A stretch of DNA of 64,000 nt from an uncultured Gammaproteobacteria bacterium (GCA_965230945.1 OZ246397.1:4692-68691), one strand, 5' to 3'; positions 37,454 to 45,897 are shown, counted from the stretch's first letter. The notes: generated by a model from the sequence alone, not told the origin. Translations and numbers: made by a program.

Positions 37454-37514
37454 ATAAGTGCTCTGTTAAGGTTTCTTAATAAAAAACTTTAACGGAGTGC
37501 TTATTTTTTGCCTA
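37454..37514 (+). terminator. Frame B tail hairpin
   Basis: About 20-bp stem ATAAGTGCTCTGTTAAGGTT / AACTTTAACGGAGTGCTTAT (G:U pairs valid on + strand only), then TTTTTGCCTA. Confidence 0.75.
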
Positions 37515-37520
37515 CTAGGA

Positions 37521-38126
37521 TTAGGATATTCCAAGTTTAGACATCACTATCGTAAAGTCGGAAGAATGATAATCGTTTTTTAATAAAACTTTTCCACTTA
37601 AGGTTTTACAGTAATTAAATATTTCTTCTGAATCTGCAAACCAAACATTGCTGTGTTGGACCGTTTTAGGTTTCGGATGTCTTCCTGCCATATTGAAGAC
37701 AAGACATTTCTTAGCATGCTGAAACATAGTTTTGATTGCTTTTTTCCGAAAACCTAAGTTATCATTATAGTTTCTATTAAGTGTTCCACAGCAAATAATA
37801 ATATCAAACTTTTCTTTCAGTGGTTGTTTAAAGTAATCACCAACTATAAATTTGTGTTTTGGATGTATTTTTTTTGCCTCCCTGATAAATTCAGGGACGA
37901 TATCTATTCCTGTATAATTGAAAACATCTGCTTTGTCTGTAATATATGGAATGATATCCCCAAATCCACAACCTACGTCGAGAATACTTTGTCTATAAAA
38001 ATTAATGTCCATGACGATTTGCTCATACCTCTGTCTTGCAGCTTTCTCCGAACACCACTTTAAAGCTCTTGGGCTAACCCCATATTTTTTATAACTATTC
38101 TGATAGCTTTTCTTTATTTTTTTCAT
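37521..38126 (-). CDS. Class I SAM methyltransferase
   Basis: ILDVGCGFGD, YTGIDI. Confidence 0.88.
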   Translation of the reverse strand: MKKIKKSYQNSYKKYGVSPRALKWCSEKAARQRYEQIVMDINFYRQSILDVGCGFGDIIPYITDKADVFNYTGIDIVPEFIREAKKIHPKHKFIVGDYFKQPLKEKFDIIICCGTLNRNYNDNLGFRKKAIKTMFQHAKKCLVFNMAGRHPKPKTVQHSNVWFADSEEIFNYCKTLSGKVLLKNDYHSSDFTIVMSKLGIS

Positions 38127-38174
38127 CTTCAGTAATAGTATAATATATTTTTATTAATTATTAATAGTCCTGAC

Positions 38175-38286
38175 TAATCCTATAACTTGACTTCCCTACT
38201 CTGTTTGAATATAATTCGGGCTATCTGTTGTAGTTCTTTAATAATTGAATATAAATTTTTAAGTAATTTGAGAGAAAGGAAGAGGG
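38175..38286 (+). repeat. Frame C head: promoter, boxA-like motif and SD
   Basis: TTGACT-N17-TATAAT; AGTTCTTTAATAA; repeat of 34601-34700. Confidence 0.9.
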
Positions 38287-38364
38287 ATAGAATTGTGATA
38301 TTTCTTGTAGTTTTTTTGTTTTTAAATTAAATAGTAGGAGATAAGAAAGGATAGGTCAGGAAAA

Positions 38365-38549
38365 ATGAGTAAAGAGAGAGAAAATTATTTTCGTGCATGG
38401 TTTGAGTAGGTAATGTTTATCTTGAGTTTAAAGATAATAGTAAAACGGGCCGTGCGAAAACACTACAACTACTGAGATTATTCGGAGGAAAATCAATATT
38501 AATTAGTGTTGATAGAAAAGAGAATGGACAGTGGCAAATAAATGTTTAA
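38365..38549 (+). pseudogene. Possibly frameshifted small ORF in frame C
   Basis: MSKERENYFRAWFE* then a startless open frame at 38406-38549 (VGNVYLEFKD...QWQINV*). Confidence 0.4.
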
Positions 38550-38575
38550 AGATTTAAGAAAGGGTAGGTGAAGGA

Positions 38576-38728
38576 ATGCCGTTTGAGCAATTTCTTTCTA
38601 GTTGCGTTTTCGTGATCGTATTATTGATTATTGCTGGAGGTTGTTTTTTAGTCGGTTATCTTTTTCACTGTAGTCTTACAGATAACTGTAGTCTTACAGA
38701 TAAAAGAATGATAAACAAGAAAGGATAA
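38576..38728 (+). CDS. 50-aa single-TM microprotein in frame C (not in ORF track)
   Basis: MPFEQFLSSCVFVIVLLIIAGGCFLVGYLFHCSLTDNCSLTDKRMINKKG; purine-rich SD; 18-bp tandem duplication. Confidence 0.6.
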   Translation: MPFEQFLSSCVFVIVLLIIAGGCFLVGYLFHCSLTDNCSLTDKRMINKKG

Positions 38729-38764
38729 CGTGAGAGAAAGAAGCAAGAAAGATATAGAAAAGAG

Positions 38765-38863
38765 GACTGATGTCACACTTGTTGTTTAAGAAACAAAAAA
38801 CTTCCAATAGCTGGAAGACAATAAATTTCTTAACCTGACGACATCAGTCTCTTTTTTTGCCTA
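38765..38863 (+). repeat. Frame C tail: composite hairpin / terminator
   Basis: Nested stems GACTGATGTC/GACATCAGTC, TTAAGAAA/TTTCTTAA, CTTCCA/TGGAAG; then TTTTTTTGCCTA. Confidence 0.9.
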
Positions 38864-38888
38864 TTTATCAGGCTTTTTTGAATCTAAG

Positions 38889-38961
38889 GGTGACTGACCG
38901 GATTCGAACCGGCAACATCCTACTCCACAGGTAGGCGCTCTACCATTGAGCTACAGCCACC
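38889..38961 (-). tRNA. tRNA-His(GTG)
   Basis: Anticodon arm CCTAC-CTGTGGA-GTAGG; G-1:C73. Confidence 0.95.
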
Positions 38962-38977
38962 ATATGTGCCCATTCTA

Positions 38978-41941
38978 TCAAAAAAAAGCTAAATAAACAA
39001 TTAAAAGCAGGATTAGGAAATAACCTAAATATTGAAGAATTTGAGGTAAAAAGATAAATATTATCTTACCTTCTGTATTTTGGTTATTTTCCCATCCATT
39101 TGCCCATCCTTTATATAAAAATGGTTTTCCTAAAGATTTAATTTTAAAATTATCTTTTATACTAAAAGCTCTCCAGTTTTTTTCAAAAGATTGATTATTA
39201 GTAATTATTTTTTCTTGAGAGAGTTTTTCTTCCTTAATAAATTGATATTCTAAAGGTGCTATTTTAATAGATTTTAATTTATTAATTGTTTTTAATGGAC
39301 CAATACCATAATTGCTTATATTGATATCATATCCTTGTCCTTCTTTGCCTATTTTAGGTATAAAAAACACATTTTGTCCATTATTTAAATCAGAATATAA
39401 GTCACAGTGTTTGGTATGATAATTAGTTAGACAGACTCTTAAAGGAAGTCCTGAGATATTTTCTGCTTCCATTATTAAGGTATAGCTTCTTTGATGAGAT
39501 AACTCAGGGAAACTAAAGGAGTCTCTTGTTTCTGCTTTTTGGGTACTATATTCTTTAGATATCTCTATATTATCAACAATCTCTGGAGCGAGTTTTTTTA
39601 AAGCTCTATAAGTGGTTGCCTTTATATCTTTTATCAAAGTTTCTTTTTCTTGATCTTGAGCATCTAAAAGAAAGCGTAATTCGTAATTTTCTATTTCTCT
39701 GTTTTTAGGGAATTGAAAAAGGTAGCTATTTTCTTCTTTTTTCCCTAAAAGACAATCATCACTCCCCCATTTTGCTAGACAAAAAGATAGTTTTTCTTCT
39801 TCATATAGAAATTCTATTTTTAGAAGAAAATTCGTAAAAGGTTTTGTTTTTAAGATGGCTTTTAGGGGTATTTTAGAACAGGCAATAGCGTTTTTTCCAA
39901 AGAGTATAAAACTATCTTTTTGAACTTCTTTAAGAGCGAAAATTTGTTTTTCTTGAGGCTGACTACAAAGACTTAACTGTGGATCAAGTCTTTCTATATC
40001 TAAGAAATATTCTCTTTTTATATTTAAATTAAAATCTTCTTTATTTATTTTTCCTATTTCTGAAGCTTTTTCTAATGCTTGTTTCTTAAGTTCTTCAGGT
40101 GGATTTTCAAAATCAATTAAGATAGGATAGTTTTGCTGATTTTCTTTAAAATTTACTTGATAAATTTTTAAATTCCCAAATTCTTTAGTTAATTTAATAT
40201 TTTCTGACAAAGATAAAAGTTTTTCTGTTTGATTAAAAAATAAGACTTTTTCGTCTTCTTTAGGAGCAATGATGTTTTTATCTAATAAAAGCCAATGAAT
40301 GTTATATTTTTGTAAAAGATTTTCTAAAAGTTCATTGTTCTGGCTATAAATAGCATATGATATTTCTTGATAAGCTTTTTCATTTTTTGGATTCCATCGA
40401 TCAAAATCTCTTACCAATAAAGATTGCTCAAGGCCAAACCAGCTAAAACCGGCTCCCTGAAAGCCCCATTTATAGTATTCCCAACCCCAAAAGGTGTGAA
40501 GTGGTAATTGGACGATTCTCCCCTTATCTTCTTGTTTATTAAGCCAGTCAGTCATTTCGAAATAAGATTGAGGAATTTTAATCCTTAAGCGAGGATTAAT
40601 AAGTTGCCCTTTAAGGGCAGGTAAAGTAAATAAAATAAGAATGATAGTAGTGATAATTGTTATTAAATAAATAATATACTTTTTCTTTAGAAAGAATTTC
40701 TTAAATCGATTAAAGATAAAACTTAATCCAAAAGCGAAAAAAACAGCATAGCTAAACATCAATATGATAGAAAACTTAGTGAAGGGAAATCTTAAAGCTT
40801 CTTTAAAAAGAGGTATTTTTTCTCTTAAAAATAAAAAAATTTGTTTAAAAGGAGTTGTAGCACTGATTAAAAAGACAAAAGCAATAAAGAATATTGGTAA
40901 TAAGGGGATAAGTTTTTTGTTTCTTTTGATTAAAGAACCAACAATTCCTAAAGTAATAATTAAAAAGCTTAAATAACCAATGGATAATATAAAAGGATTT
41001 CTTAGATGTTCAATCCAGCTTTTTAAAAGATAATCAAAGTTTTGAGTGTTGAAATTATATTGCGTCCAGCTAAATAAATGATTTTTCAAAAGAACAGTAT
41101 TTTTAATATTTCCATATTCGTAGTTATGCAAAAATGCTTCTTCTGAAAATAATCTATTTATTTTAGCTTGGATAATTTCCCCACTCTGGTGGGTAATAAA
41201 GTAAAGATTAGGTAAAAGCCAAAAAGAGTTAATTACTAATAGGATGATTATTAGAAGAAATATTCTTTTTAGATATAATAGGCGCTTTTTTTGTAAAAAA
41301 AGATAAGTTAGAAGGTAAATTAAAAAACAGCCGAAAAAGGTATACCATAAGGTAGCTGCATAAGCTTGAGGAGTACTTAAAAAAGAAATTAAAGCAAAAT
41401 AAATTAAAAGTCTTTTTTTGTTTTCTTTTAAAAATAAAGTAGAGATAAGAAAAAACCATCCTAAGGCTGCATACTGAGTGGCAAACATCTCAAAAGGAAC
41501 ATAAAAGTGCTGTATGGTTCCTAAATTAAGTAAATAAAATAATCCTCCTAAGAAAGCAAGATTCTTCTTAAATAAATAAGGTAATTTATTGAATACAATT
41601 TTTTCTAAGAAGAAATAAATTCCTAAAGGGCCTAAGACAAGGCAAATAAGAAAGTAAAAGTAACGCAGGAAATTTAAAGGAAATATAAAAGAGAACGGCC
41701 ATAAGAACAGAATTCTAGGTAAATCAGCCATATGAGAATGTCCGGCTACGGCTCCTAAACCCTGTTCATAACGCCAAACACCATTAAAAATTCTTTGTAT
41801 ATTTAAGGAAAAATTAAATTCTGGGTGAAGTGTATCCCAACCACTTAGCCAGGTATTCGGGTTGAAATTCAAAAAAAATAGTAATAAAGAAAAAGAAATT
41901 AATATTAAAGGAAAAAGATTTTTTTTAAAAAAGGAAAGCAT
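38978..41941 (-). CDS. Large polytopic membrane protein, GT-C glycosyltransferase-like (YfhO/AftD-type architecture)
   Basis: GWDTLHPEF loop after the first TM, many TMs, IPQSY and GWANGW motifs; very AT-rich. Confidence 0.6.
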   Translation of the reverse strand: MLSFFKKNLFPLILISFSLLLFFLNFNPNTWLSGWDTLHPEFNFSLNIQRIFNGVWRYEQGLGAVAGHSHMADLPRILFLWPFSFIFPLNFLRYFYFLICLVLGPLGIYFFLEKIVFNKLPYLFKKNLAFLGGLFYLLNLGTIQHFYVPFEMFATQYAALGWFFLISTLFLKENKKRLLIYFALISFLSTPQAYAATLWYTFFGCFLIYLLTYLFLQKKRLLYLKRIFLLIIILLVINSFWLLPNLYFITHQSGEIIQAKINRLFSEEAFLHNYEYGNIKNTVLLKNHLFSWTQYNFNTQNFDYLLKSWIEHLRNPFILSIGYLSFLIITLGIVGSLIKRNKKLIPLLPIFFIAFVFLISATTPFKQIFLFLREKIPLFKEALRFPFTKFSIILMFSYAVFFAFGLSFIFNRFKKFFLKKKYIIYLITIITTIILILFTLPALKGQLINPRLRIKIPQSYFEMTDWLNKQEDKGRIVQLPLHTFWGWEYYKWGFQGAGFSWFGLEQSLLVRDFDRWNPKNEKAYQEISYAIYSQNNELLENLLQKYNIHWLLLDKNIIAPKEDEKVLFFNQTEKLLSLSENIKLTKEFGNLKIYQVNFKENQQNYPILIDFENPPEELKKQALEKASEIGKINKEDFNLNIKREYFLDIERLDPQLSLCSQPQEKQIFALKEVQKDSFILFGKNAIACSKIPLKAILKTKPFTNFLLKIEFLYEEEKLSFCLAKWGSDDCLLGKKEENSYLFQFPKNREIENYELRFLLDAQDQEKETLIKDIKATTYRALKKLAPEIVDNIEISKEYSTQKAETRDSFSFPELSHQRSYTLIMEAENISGLPLRVCLTNYHTKHCDLYSDLNNGQNVFFIPKIGKEGQGYDINISNYGIGPLKTINKLKSIKIAPLEYQFIKEEKLSQEKIITNNQSFEKNWRAFSIKDNFKIKSLGKPFLYKGWANGWENNQNTEGKIIFIFLPQILQYLGYFLILLLIVYLAFF

Positions 41942-41959
41942 TTGATTATATTTTATCAG

Positions 41960-42023
41960 AAAAAAAGAGAAGGAGGTGAAGATTGCTAGATAAAAGAATA
42001 TCTAATAAAGGTCTTCACCTCCT
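41960..42023 (-). terminator. Frame D tail: long-loop hairpin plus U tract
   Basis: AGGAGGTGAAGA / TCTTCACCTCCT 12-bp stem, followed on the minus strand by TCTCTTTTTTT. Confidence 0.7.
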
Positions 42024-42043
42024 GTTTAGGCATATTTTTGCCT

Positions 42044-42964
42044 TTAGGAGTTTCTTATCCATTGTCCAGAATCGACTAAGCGGAAAGAACCATCATACCA
42101 TCTTAAAACAGCAACCCATGTAATTGTTTCGCATTGTTCAGCGCAACCACATTGGCCACGAAATTCAGGATTTGGTTCATCGCTTCCTAATTGATTAAGG
42201 TAGTGATTACGTAAAATAGCTAAAGTTTCTAGGGTATACTCTCCATATTCTGGATCAGTATAGTCTTCATTGTCAGCCATATCTGACATGTCCCAAACTT
42301 CACCTACTCCCCAAAAACCATGAAGTAAATAAGCGTTTAGAAATTCACCAGGGATTTCCCAAACATTTATTAAAGCTACTAAGATAGCTCCACCATCAGG
42401 GTCTTTAACACTACCAATTCCAGGTAACCAAGTTTCTTCCCCAGTAAAAACAAGCCATTTCCAGGTTGGAATTTGAACATTGGCTCGACGCGAAACATCT
42501 CTGAAAGCATCATTATAACCAAAGTTATATCCTGCTCTTGGTTTTCCCCAAACACTTTCTACATCAGGAAAGATGCGATAAGATGTTAGGTCTTGAGGAA
42601 TTTCTGGAAAATTGACTTCATCACTTATATCAATTAAATCAGGATCTGGACTAAAACCAGGTTCAATAACAGGAACTTCAAAAATAATCTTCTCTTGTTC
42701 ATTTGTTGAATTTTGATCTTCTATTTCTTTAGCCTTTTCAGTAGCTAAAGCAGAATTAGCAAAACCTTCATCGACACTAGTTTTTATTTTTCCTAAACCT
42801 TCTTCGGCTGTTTTTTCAAGATTATTGATAGATTCAATAATCTTTTCAATGTCTTCAGCCTCAATTGGTCTACAAGAATTAAAAACAACGAGGGAAAACA
42901 AAATTATTAAAAGAACAGCGAATGATTTTAGAAAAATATGTGTCTTTATTTTCATCTCCATCAC
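42044..42964 (-). CDS. Orphan secreted / lipoprotein-like protein (cargo of frame D)
   Basis: Hydrophobic leader ending FNSC; Trp-rich acidic C-terminal domain with CGCAEQC. Confidence 0.75.
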   Translation of the reverse strand: MMEMKIKTHIFLKSFAVLLIILFSLVVFNSCRPIEAEDIEKIIESINNLEKTAEEGLGKIKTSVDEGFANSALATEKAKEIEDQNSTNEQEKIIFEVPVIEPGFSPDPDLIDISDEVNFPEIPQDLTSYRIFPDVESVWGKPRAGYNFGYNDAFRDVSRRANVQIPTWKWLVFTGEETWLPGIGSVKDPDGGAILVALINVWEIPGEFLNAYLLHGFWGVGEVWDMSDMADNEDYTDPEYGEYTLETLAILRNHYLNQLGSDEPNPEFRGQCGCAEQCETITWVAVLRWYDGSFRLVDSGQWIRNS

Positions 42965-42972
42965 TTCCTTAT

Positions 42973-43104
42973 TTAATCTTGATCAATTTTTTTATATTTG
43001 TTTGGTAAACCGTATGTAATCATCCAAAGAAGTAAAGATAACATCGGAAGAATCAAAAAAAAGATTACGGTTCCAATCCACCTCCCATCAAACTTTCGTT
43101 TCAT
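42973..43104 (-). CDS. 43-aa single-TM microprotein (not in ORF track)
   Basis: MKRKFDGRWIGTVIFFLILPMLSLLLWMITYGLPNKYKKIDQD; AGGAGG SD. Confidence 0.7.
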   Translation of the reverse strand: MKRKFDGRWIGTVIFFLILPMLSLLLWMITYGLPNKYKKIDQD

Positions 43105-43131
43105 ATCAACCTCCTAAAGTTAAATATGCCT

Positions 43132-43144
43132 ATTTTAAAGAGCA
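43132..43144 (-). promoter_or_regulatory. boxA-like antitermination motif
   Basis: TGCTCTTTAAAAT versus rrn boxA consensus TGCTCTTTAACA. Confidence 0.65.
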
Positions 43145-43165
43145 AATCTTAAATCCAAACGCTTT

Positions 43166-43819
43166 TTATTTAGATCTAAGATGTTCCTTTCGAAGTTTAA
43201 AGACTCCGAAAATTAAAGCAGAAATTAATAAAATAATAGTCCAAATAAGATTATTGCCTGTTTTAGGAATAGTGGTAATACCTAAAATCTTTTTACTAAT
43301 ACAAAGTTGAGAAGTATCTCCAGCGCTTTTATCGTCTTTTTTAGCTTCCCCACTGTTGGTAACACAGTAAATTCCGTCACCTTCAGGAAGATCATTTTCT
43401 GAAACAACTTTGGCTTTTATTTCGTAAGTTTTTGATTCTCCGGGATTAAGATGATCAATTTTCCAAGTAGCTGTTTTATCATCCCAACCATCAGGAGTAG
43501 AAGTAAAATATAAATAATCAGGTAAAAAGTCTTTAACTTCAATATCATTTAGATCTTCTTCACCTGTATTTTTAATGGTTAATTTAAAGATAACTTCTTG
43601 ATACGGGGTGTAAGTAGAATCATCAGCATAAAGATTATCGACATATTTATCTTCTTCAGGATGTCTGACGACTTTATCTAAAGAAATTTCTCCTTCATAG
43701 CAGATTTCTCCGCCGCCGTATTGTTCAACACAGCGACCAGCGACGACCTTAGGAAAGATTAAAAGCCCTAAGATGCTCCCGATGATTAAACCTTTAATTA
43801 ATAGATTGATTTTTTTCAT
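43166..43819 (-). CDS. DUF11-domain surface protein with IPKTG sorting signal
   Basis: F.LTIKNTG...V.D.LP..L motif; IPKTG + TM + basic tail; start at MKKINL preferred. Confidence 0.8.
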   Translation of the reverse strand: MKKINLLIKGLIIGSILGLLIFPKVVAGRCVEQYGGGEICYEGEISLDKVVRHPEEDKYVDNLYADDSTYTPYQEVIFKLTIKNTGEEDLNDIEVKDFLPDYLYFTSTPDGWDDKTATWKIDHLNPGESKTYEIKAKVVSENDLPEGDGIYCVTNSGEAKKDDKSAGDTSQLCISKKILGITTIPKTGNNLIWTIILLISALIFGVFKLRKEHLRSK

Positions 43820-43889
43820 ACAAAAAACCTGCTTTAGCAAGGGCAGGCTATGATAGATGATAAAACTATATACCATATAATTCTCCTTG

Positions 43890-44594
43890 TCAAGTTATAG
43901 GGTAGGTAATAACTAAAAGTCTTTTCCAGGCTGTTCCCGGAGGCCAGCAAGTTTGTAGAATAAGCTCCTTTTCTTTTAAATTAAGATTTTCTATTTCAGA
44001 TACATCATTAGGATTGATGATTTTTTGATTATCAACCTGATAAGAGTAGACCTTGCCCTTGTAGACCAAGACGACACGATCTCCTTTATCTAATTTTTTT
44101 AAAGAATAAAAAACGGGATTAAAGAAGTTAAGATTAAAAATAGAGTTGGTTGAATGACCAAAGACATAGATAGCTCCATCTTCATCAGGTAGACTAGAAC
44201 CTACAGCGTGAGCAGCTTTATCTTTTAAGACTTCATTGTATTCTTTCTCATTGGTGGCGTTGACGTTAGTTAAAACTTGGGTTCTAACCCCAATTTTGGG
44301 GATAATAAGCTCGAATTCGTAATCATTAGGAGATAGAACATATCTAAATTTACTTTCTATCTCGACACTGTTTTTATCTTTGTTTAATAGGTAATTCAAT
44401 TCTCCTACCATAAAAGGTAGAAAAACAAAAAATAGTCCTATTAATGGAAGAACAACAAAACTTAATTTTAGTTTATTAAAAGATTTTTTTTCAGGAGAAT
44501 AAAGATCAAAAGAACTTGCAGAATCCCCTGATTTATAAATAATTATTCCTTCATTCATAGTATAAAGTATGCCCTGTACAGTAGGACTTTTCAA
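43890..44594 (-). CDS. Sortase
   Basis: TM, LIIPKIGV, FGHS, LILQTCWPPG...KRLLV (His/Cys/Arg triad); start may be 44558. Confidence 0.9.
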   Translation of the reverse strand: MKSPTVQGILYTMNEGIIIYKSGDSASSFDLYSPEKKSFNKLKLSFVVLPLIGLFFVFLPFMVGELNYLLNKDKNSVEIESKFRYVLSPNDYEFELIIPKIGVRTQVLTNVNATNEKEYNEVLKDKAAHAVGSSLPDEDGAIYVFGHSTNSIFNLNFFNPVFYSLKKLDKGDRVVLVYKGKVYSYQVDNQKIINPNDVSEIENLNLKEKELILQTCWPPGTAWKRLLVITYPIT

Positions 44595-44616
44595 GTTTGG
44601 AGCAGGAGAAGCTTAG

Positions 44617-44690
44617 TACTCCCAGCAGGACTCGAACCTGCAACCTACTCCTTAGAAGGGAGTCGCTCTATCCGATTGAGCTATGGGAGC
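44617..44690 (-). tRNA. tRNA-Arg(TCT)
   Basis: Anticodon arm ACTCC-CTTCTAA-GGAGT. Confidence 0.95.
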
Positions 44691-44696
44691 TTATTG

Positions 44697-44769
44697 AGCG
44701 GGGGACGAGATTCGAACTCGCGACCTTCTCCTTGGAAGGGAGACGCTCTACCAACTGGGCTACCCCCGC
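44697..44769 (-). tRNA. tRNA-Gly(TCC)
   Basis: Anticodon arm TCTCC-CTTCCAA-GGAGA; one D-stem mismatch. Confidence 0.93.
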
Positions 44770-44794
44770 AAGTTAACTTAAAAGCCAAGTTTTG

Positions 44795-44869
44795 TCGGGG
44801 AGCCGGGACTCGAACCCGGGACCTCACGCTCCCAAAGCGCGCACTCTAAGCCAACTGAGCTACTCCCCG
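44795..44869 (-). tRNA. tRNA-Pro(TGG)
   Basis: Anticodon arm CGCGC-TTTGGGA-GCGTG. Confidence 0.95.
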
Positions 44870-44874
44870 TTTTG

Positions 44875-44960
44875 TGCCGAAGGCGGGATTCGAACCCGCA
44901 TGGTGGAATACCACCAAGAGATTTTAAGTCTCTCGCGTCTTCCAGTTCCGCCACCTCGGC
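44875..44960 (-). tRNA. tRNA-Leu(TAA)
   Basis: Anticodon arm AGAGA-CTTAAAA-TCTCT; long variable arm. Confidence 0.95.
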
Positions 44961-45085
44961 AGATGTAACTATTATATCAAAAAAAGCAATAAAAGAGGAG
45001 TGGGGAAAGAAAAATATGGAATTAAAAAAAACCACCAGATGGTCTAAAAATAAACTTAAGGGGAGGGAGAAGAAAATATAACCTT

Positions 45086-45364
45086 TCACTGCCTTTTAAA
45101 TAATTTTCTAAGGTCAGTTCTAGCTTGCTCAAGAATTTTTTTTCTTTCCATCCCGAGGTTTTTACCAGCTCGGTTGATATAAAAGTTAAGCATACTCATA
45201 GCAGATTGATAAGGAGTCCCCTTACGCCTTAAAGAATCCTCAGCCGAACGTTTAAGTGAAGCTGCAATCTTCTTCGAATTTTTCCAAGTAAATACCCCTT
45301 CTTCCAAATCAAGAGCAATGCTTTTTTTCGTTACCTCAGCCGACCAATATTTCTTTCCAGCCAT
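45086..45364 (-). CDS. DUF3175 family protein
   Basis: WSAEVT..S.ALDLEEGVF, IAASLKRSAE, SAMSMLNFYINRAGKNL. Confidence 0.88.
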   Translation of the reverse strand: MAGKKYWSAEVTKKSIALDLEEGVFTWKNSKKIAASLKRSAEDSLRRKGTPYQSAMSMLNFYINRAGKNLGMERKKILEQARTDLRKLFKRQ

Positions 45365-45418
45365 ATATTTCTATTATACCTATTTTGACAACCAAGATGC
45401 GAGATTAGTCTTGTTTTG

Positions 45419-45489
45419 CTTGGGAGCCAGGATTCGAACCTGGATTAATGGGTCCAAGGCCCATTGTCCTACCATTAGACGACCCCCAA
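45419..45489 (-). tRNA. tRNA-Gln(TTG)
   Basis: U1-A72 pair; anticodon arm ATGGG-CCTTGGA-CCCAT. Confidence 0.92.
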
Positions 45490-45557
45490 TTATATTTTCT
45501 TAACCTATCTAAGAATCTTTTTATTTAGAAAGGAGCGTTGTTATTTTAGAATATGGG

Positions 45558-45628
45558 AGCGGGTAACGGGAATTGAACCCGTCTCTCATCCTTGGCAAGG
45601 ATGTGTAATACCGCTATACGATACCCGC
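45558..45628 (-). tRNA. tRNA-Gly(GCC)
   Basis: Anticodon arm CATCC-TTGCCAA-GGATG. Confidence 0.94.
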
Positions 45629-45634
45629 ATTGGG

Positions 45635-45707
45635 TGCCGAGGGGCGGAGTCGAACCGTCATCTCAGCTTTTTCAGAGCCGCGCCGTGACCACCTTGGCTA
45701 CCTCGGC
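45635..45707 (-). tRNA. tRNA-Phe(GAA)
   Basis: Anticodon arm CGGCT-CTGAAAA-AGCTG. Confidence 0.93.
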
Positions 45708-45733
45708 AGATTTTTCTTATTCTACCATATCTG

Positions 45734-45807
45734 TGGACGAGAGAGGACTCGAACCTCTGACCTTCTCTGTGTAAGAGAGACGCTCTAACCAGCTGAGCTA
45801 CTCGTCC
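45734..45807 (-). tRNA. tRNA-Val(TAC)
   Basis: Anticodon arm TCTCT-CTTACAC-AGAGA. Confidence 0.95.
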
Positions 45808-45808
45808 T

Positions 45809-45897
45809 TGGTGCCGGGAACAGGACTCGAACCTGCACACCTATTTAAAGGTACTGCCTCCTCAAGGCAGCCTGTCTACCAATTCCAGCATCCCGGC
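45809..45897 (-). tRNA. tRNA-Leu(GAG)
   Basis: Anticodon arm CTGCC-TTGAGGA-GGCAG; CCA encoded. Confidence 0.95.

Noticed and set aside
38397-38549. UGA readthrough (code 25) restoring ATG GTT TGA GTA...
   Set aside because: TGA is used as a stop elsewhere (pilM, rpsP, nusB) and no long gene has an internal TGA
34601-38863. CRISPR array or integron reading of the repeats
   Set aside because: No regular repeat-spacer period, no cas or intI gene, no attC core sites
44597-44612. TGGAGCAGGAGA as a duplicated tRNA 3' end (att site)
   Set aside because: Too short and mismatched; no integrase
44778-45840. Track ORFs 44778-45089, 44872-45081, 45318-45503, 45592-45774 and 45658-45840
   Set aside because: They overlap tRNA genes; shadow ORFs
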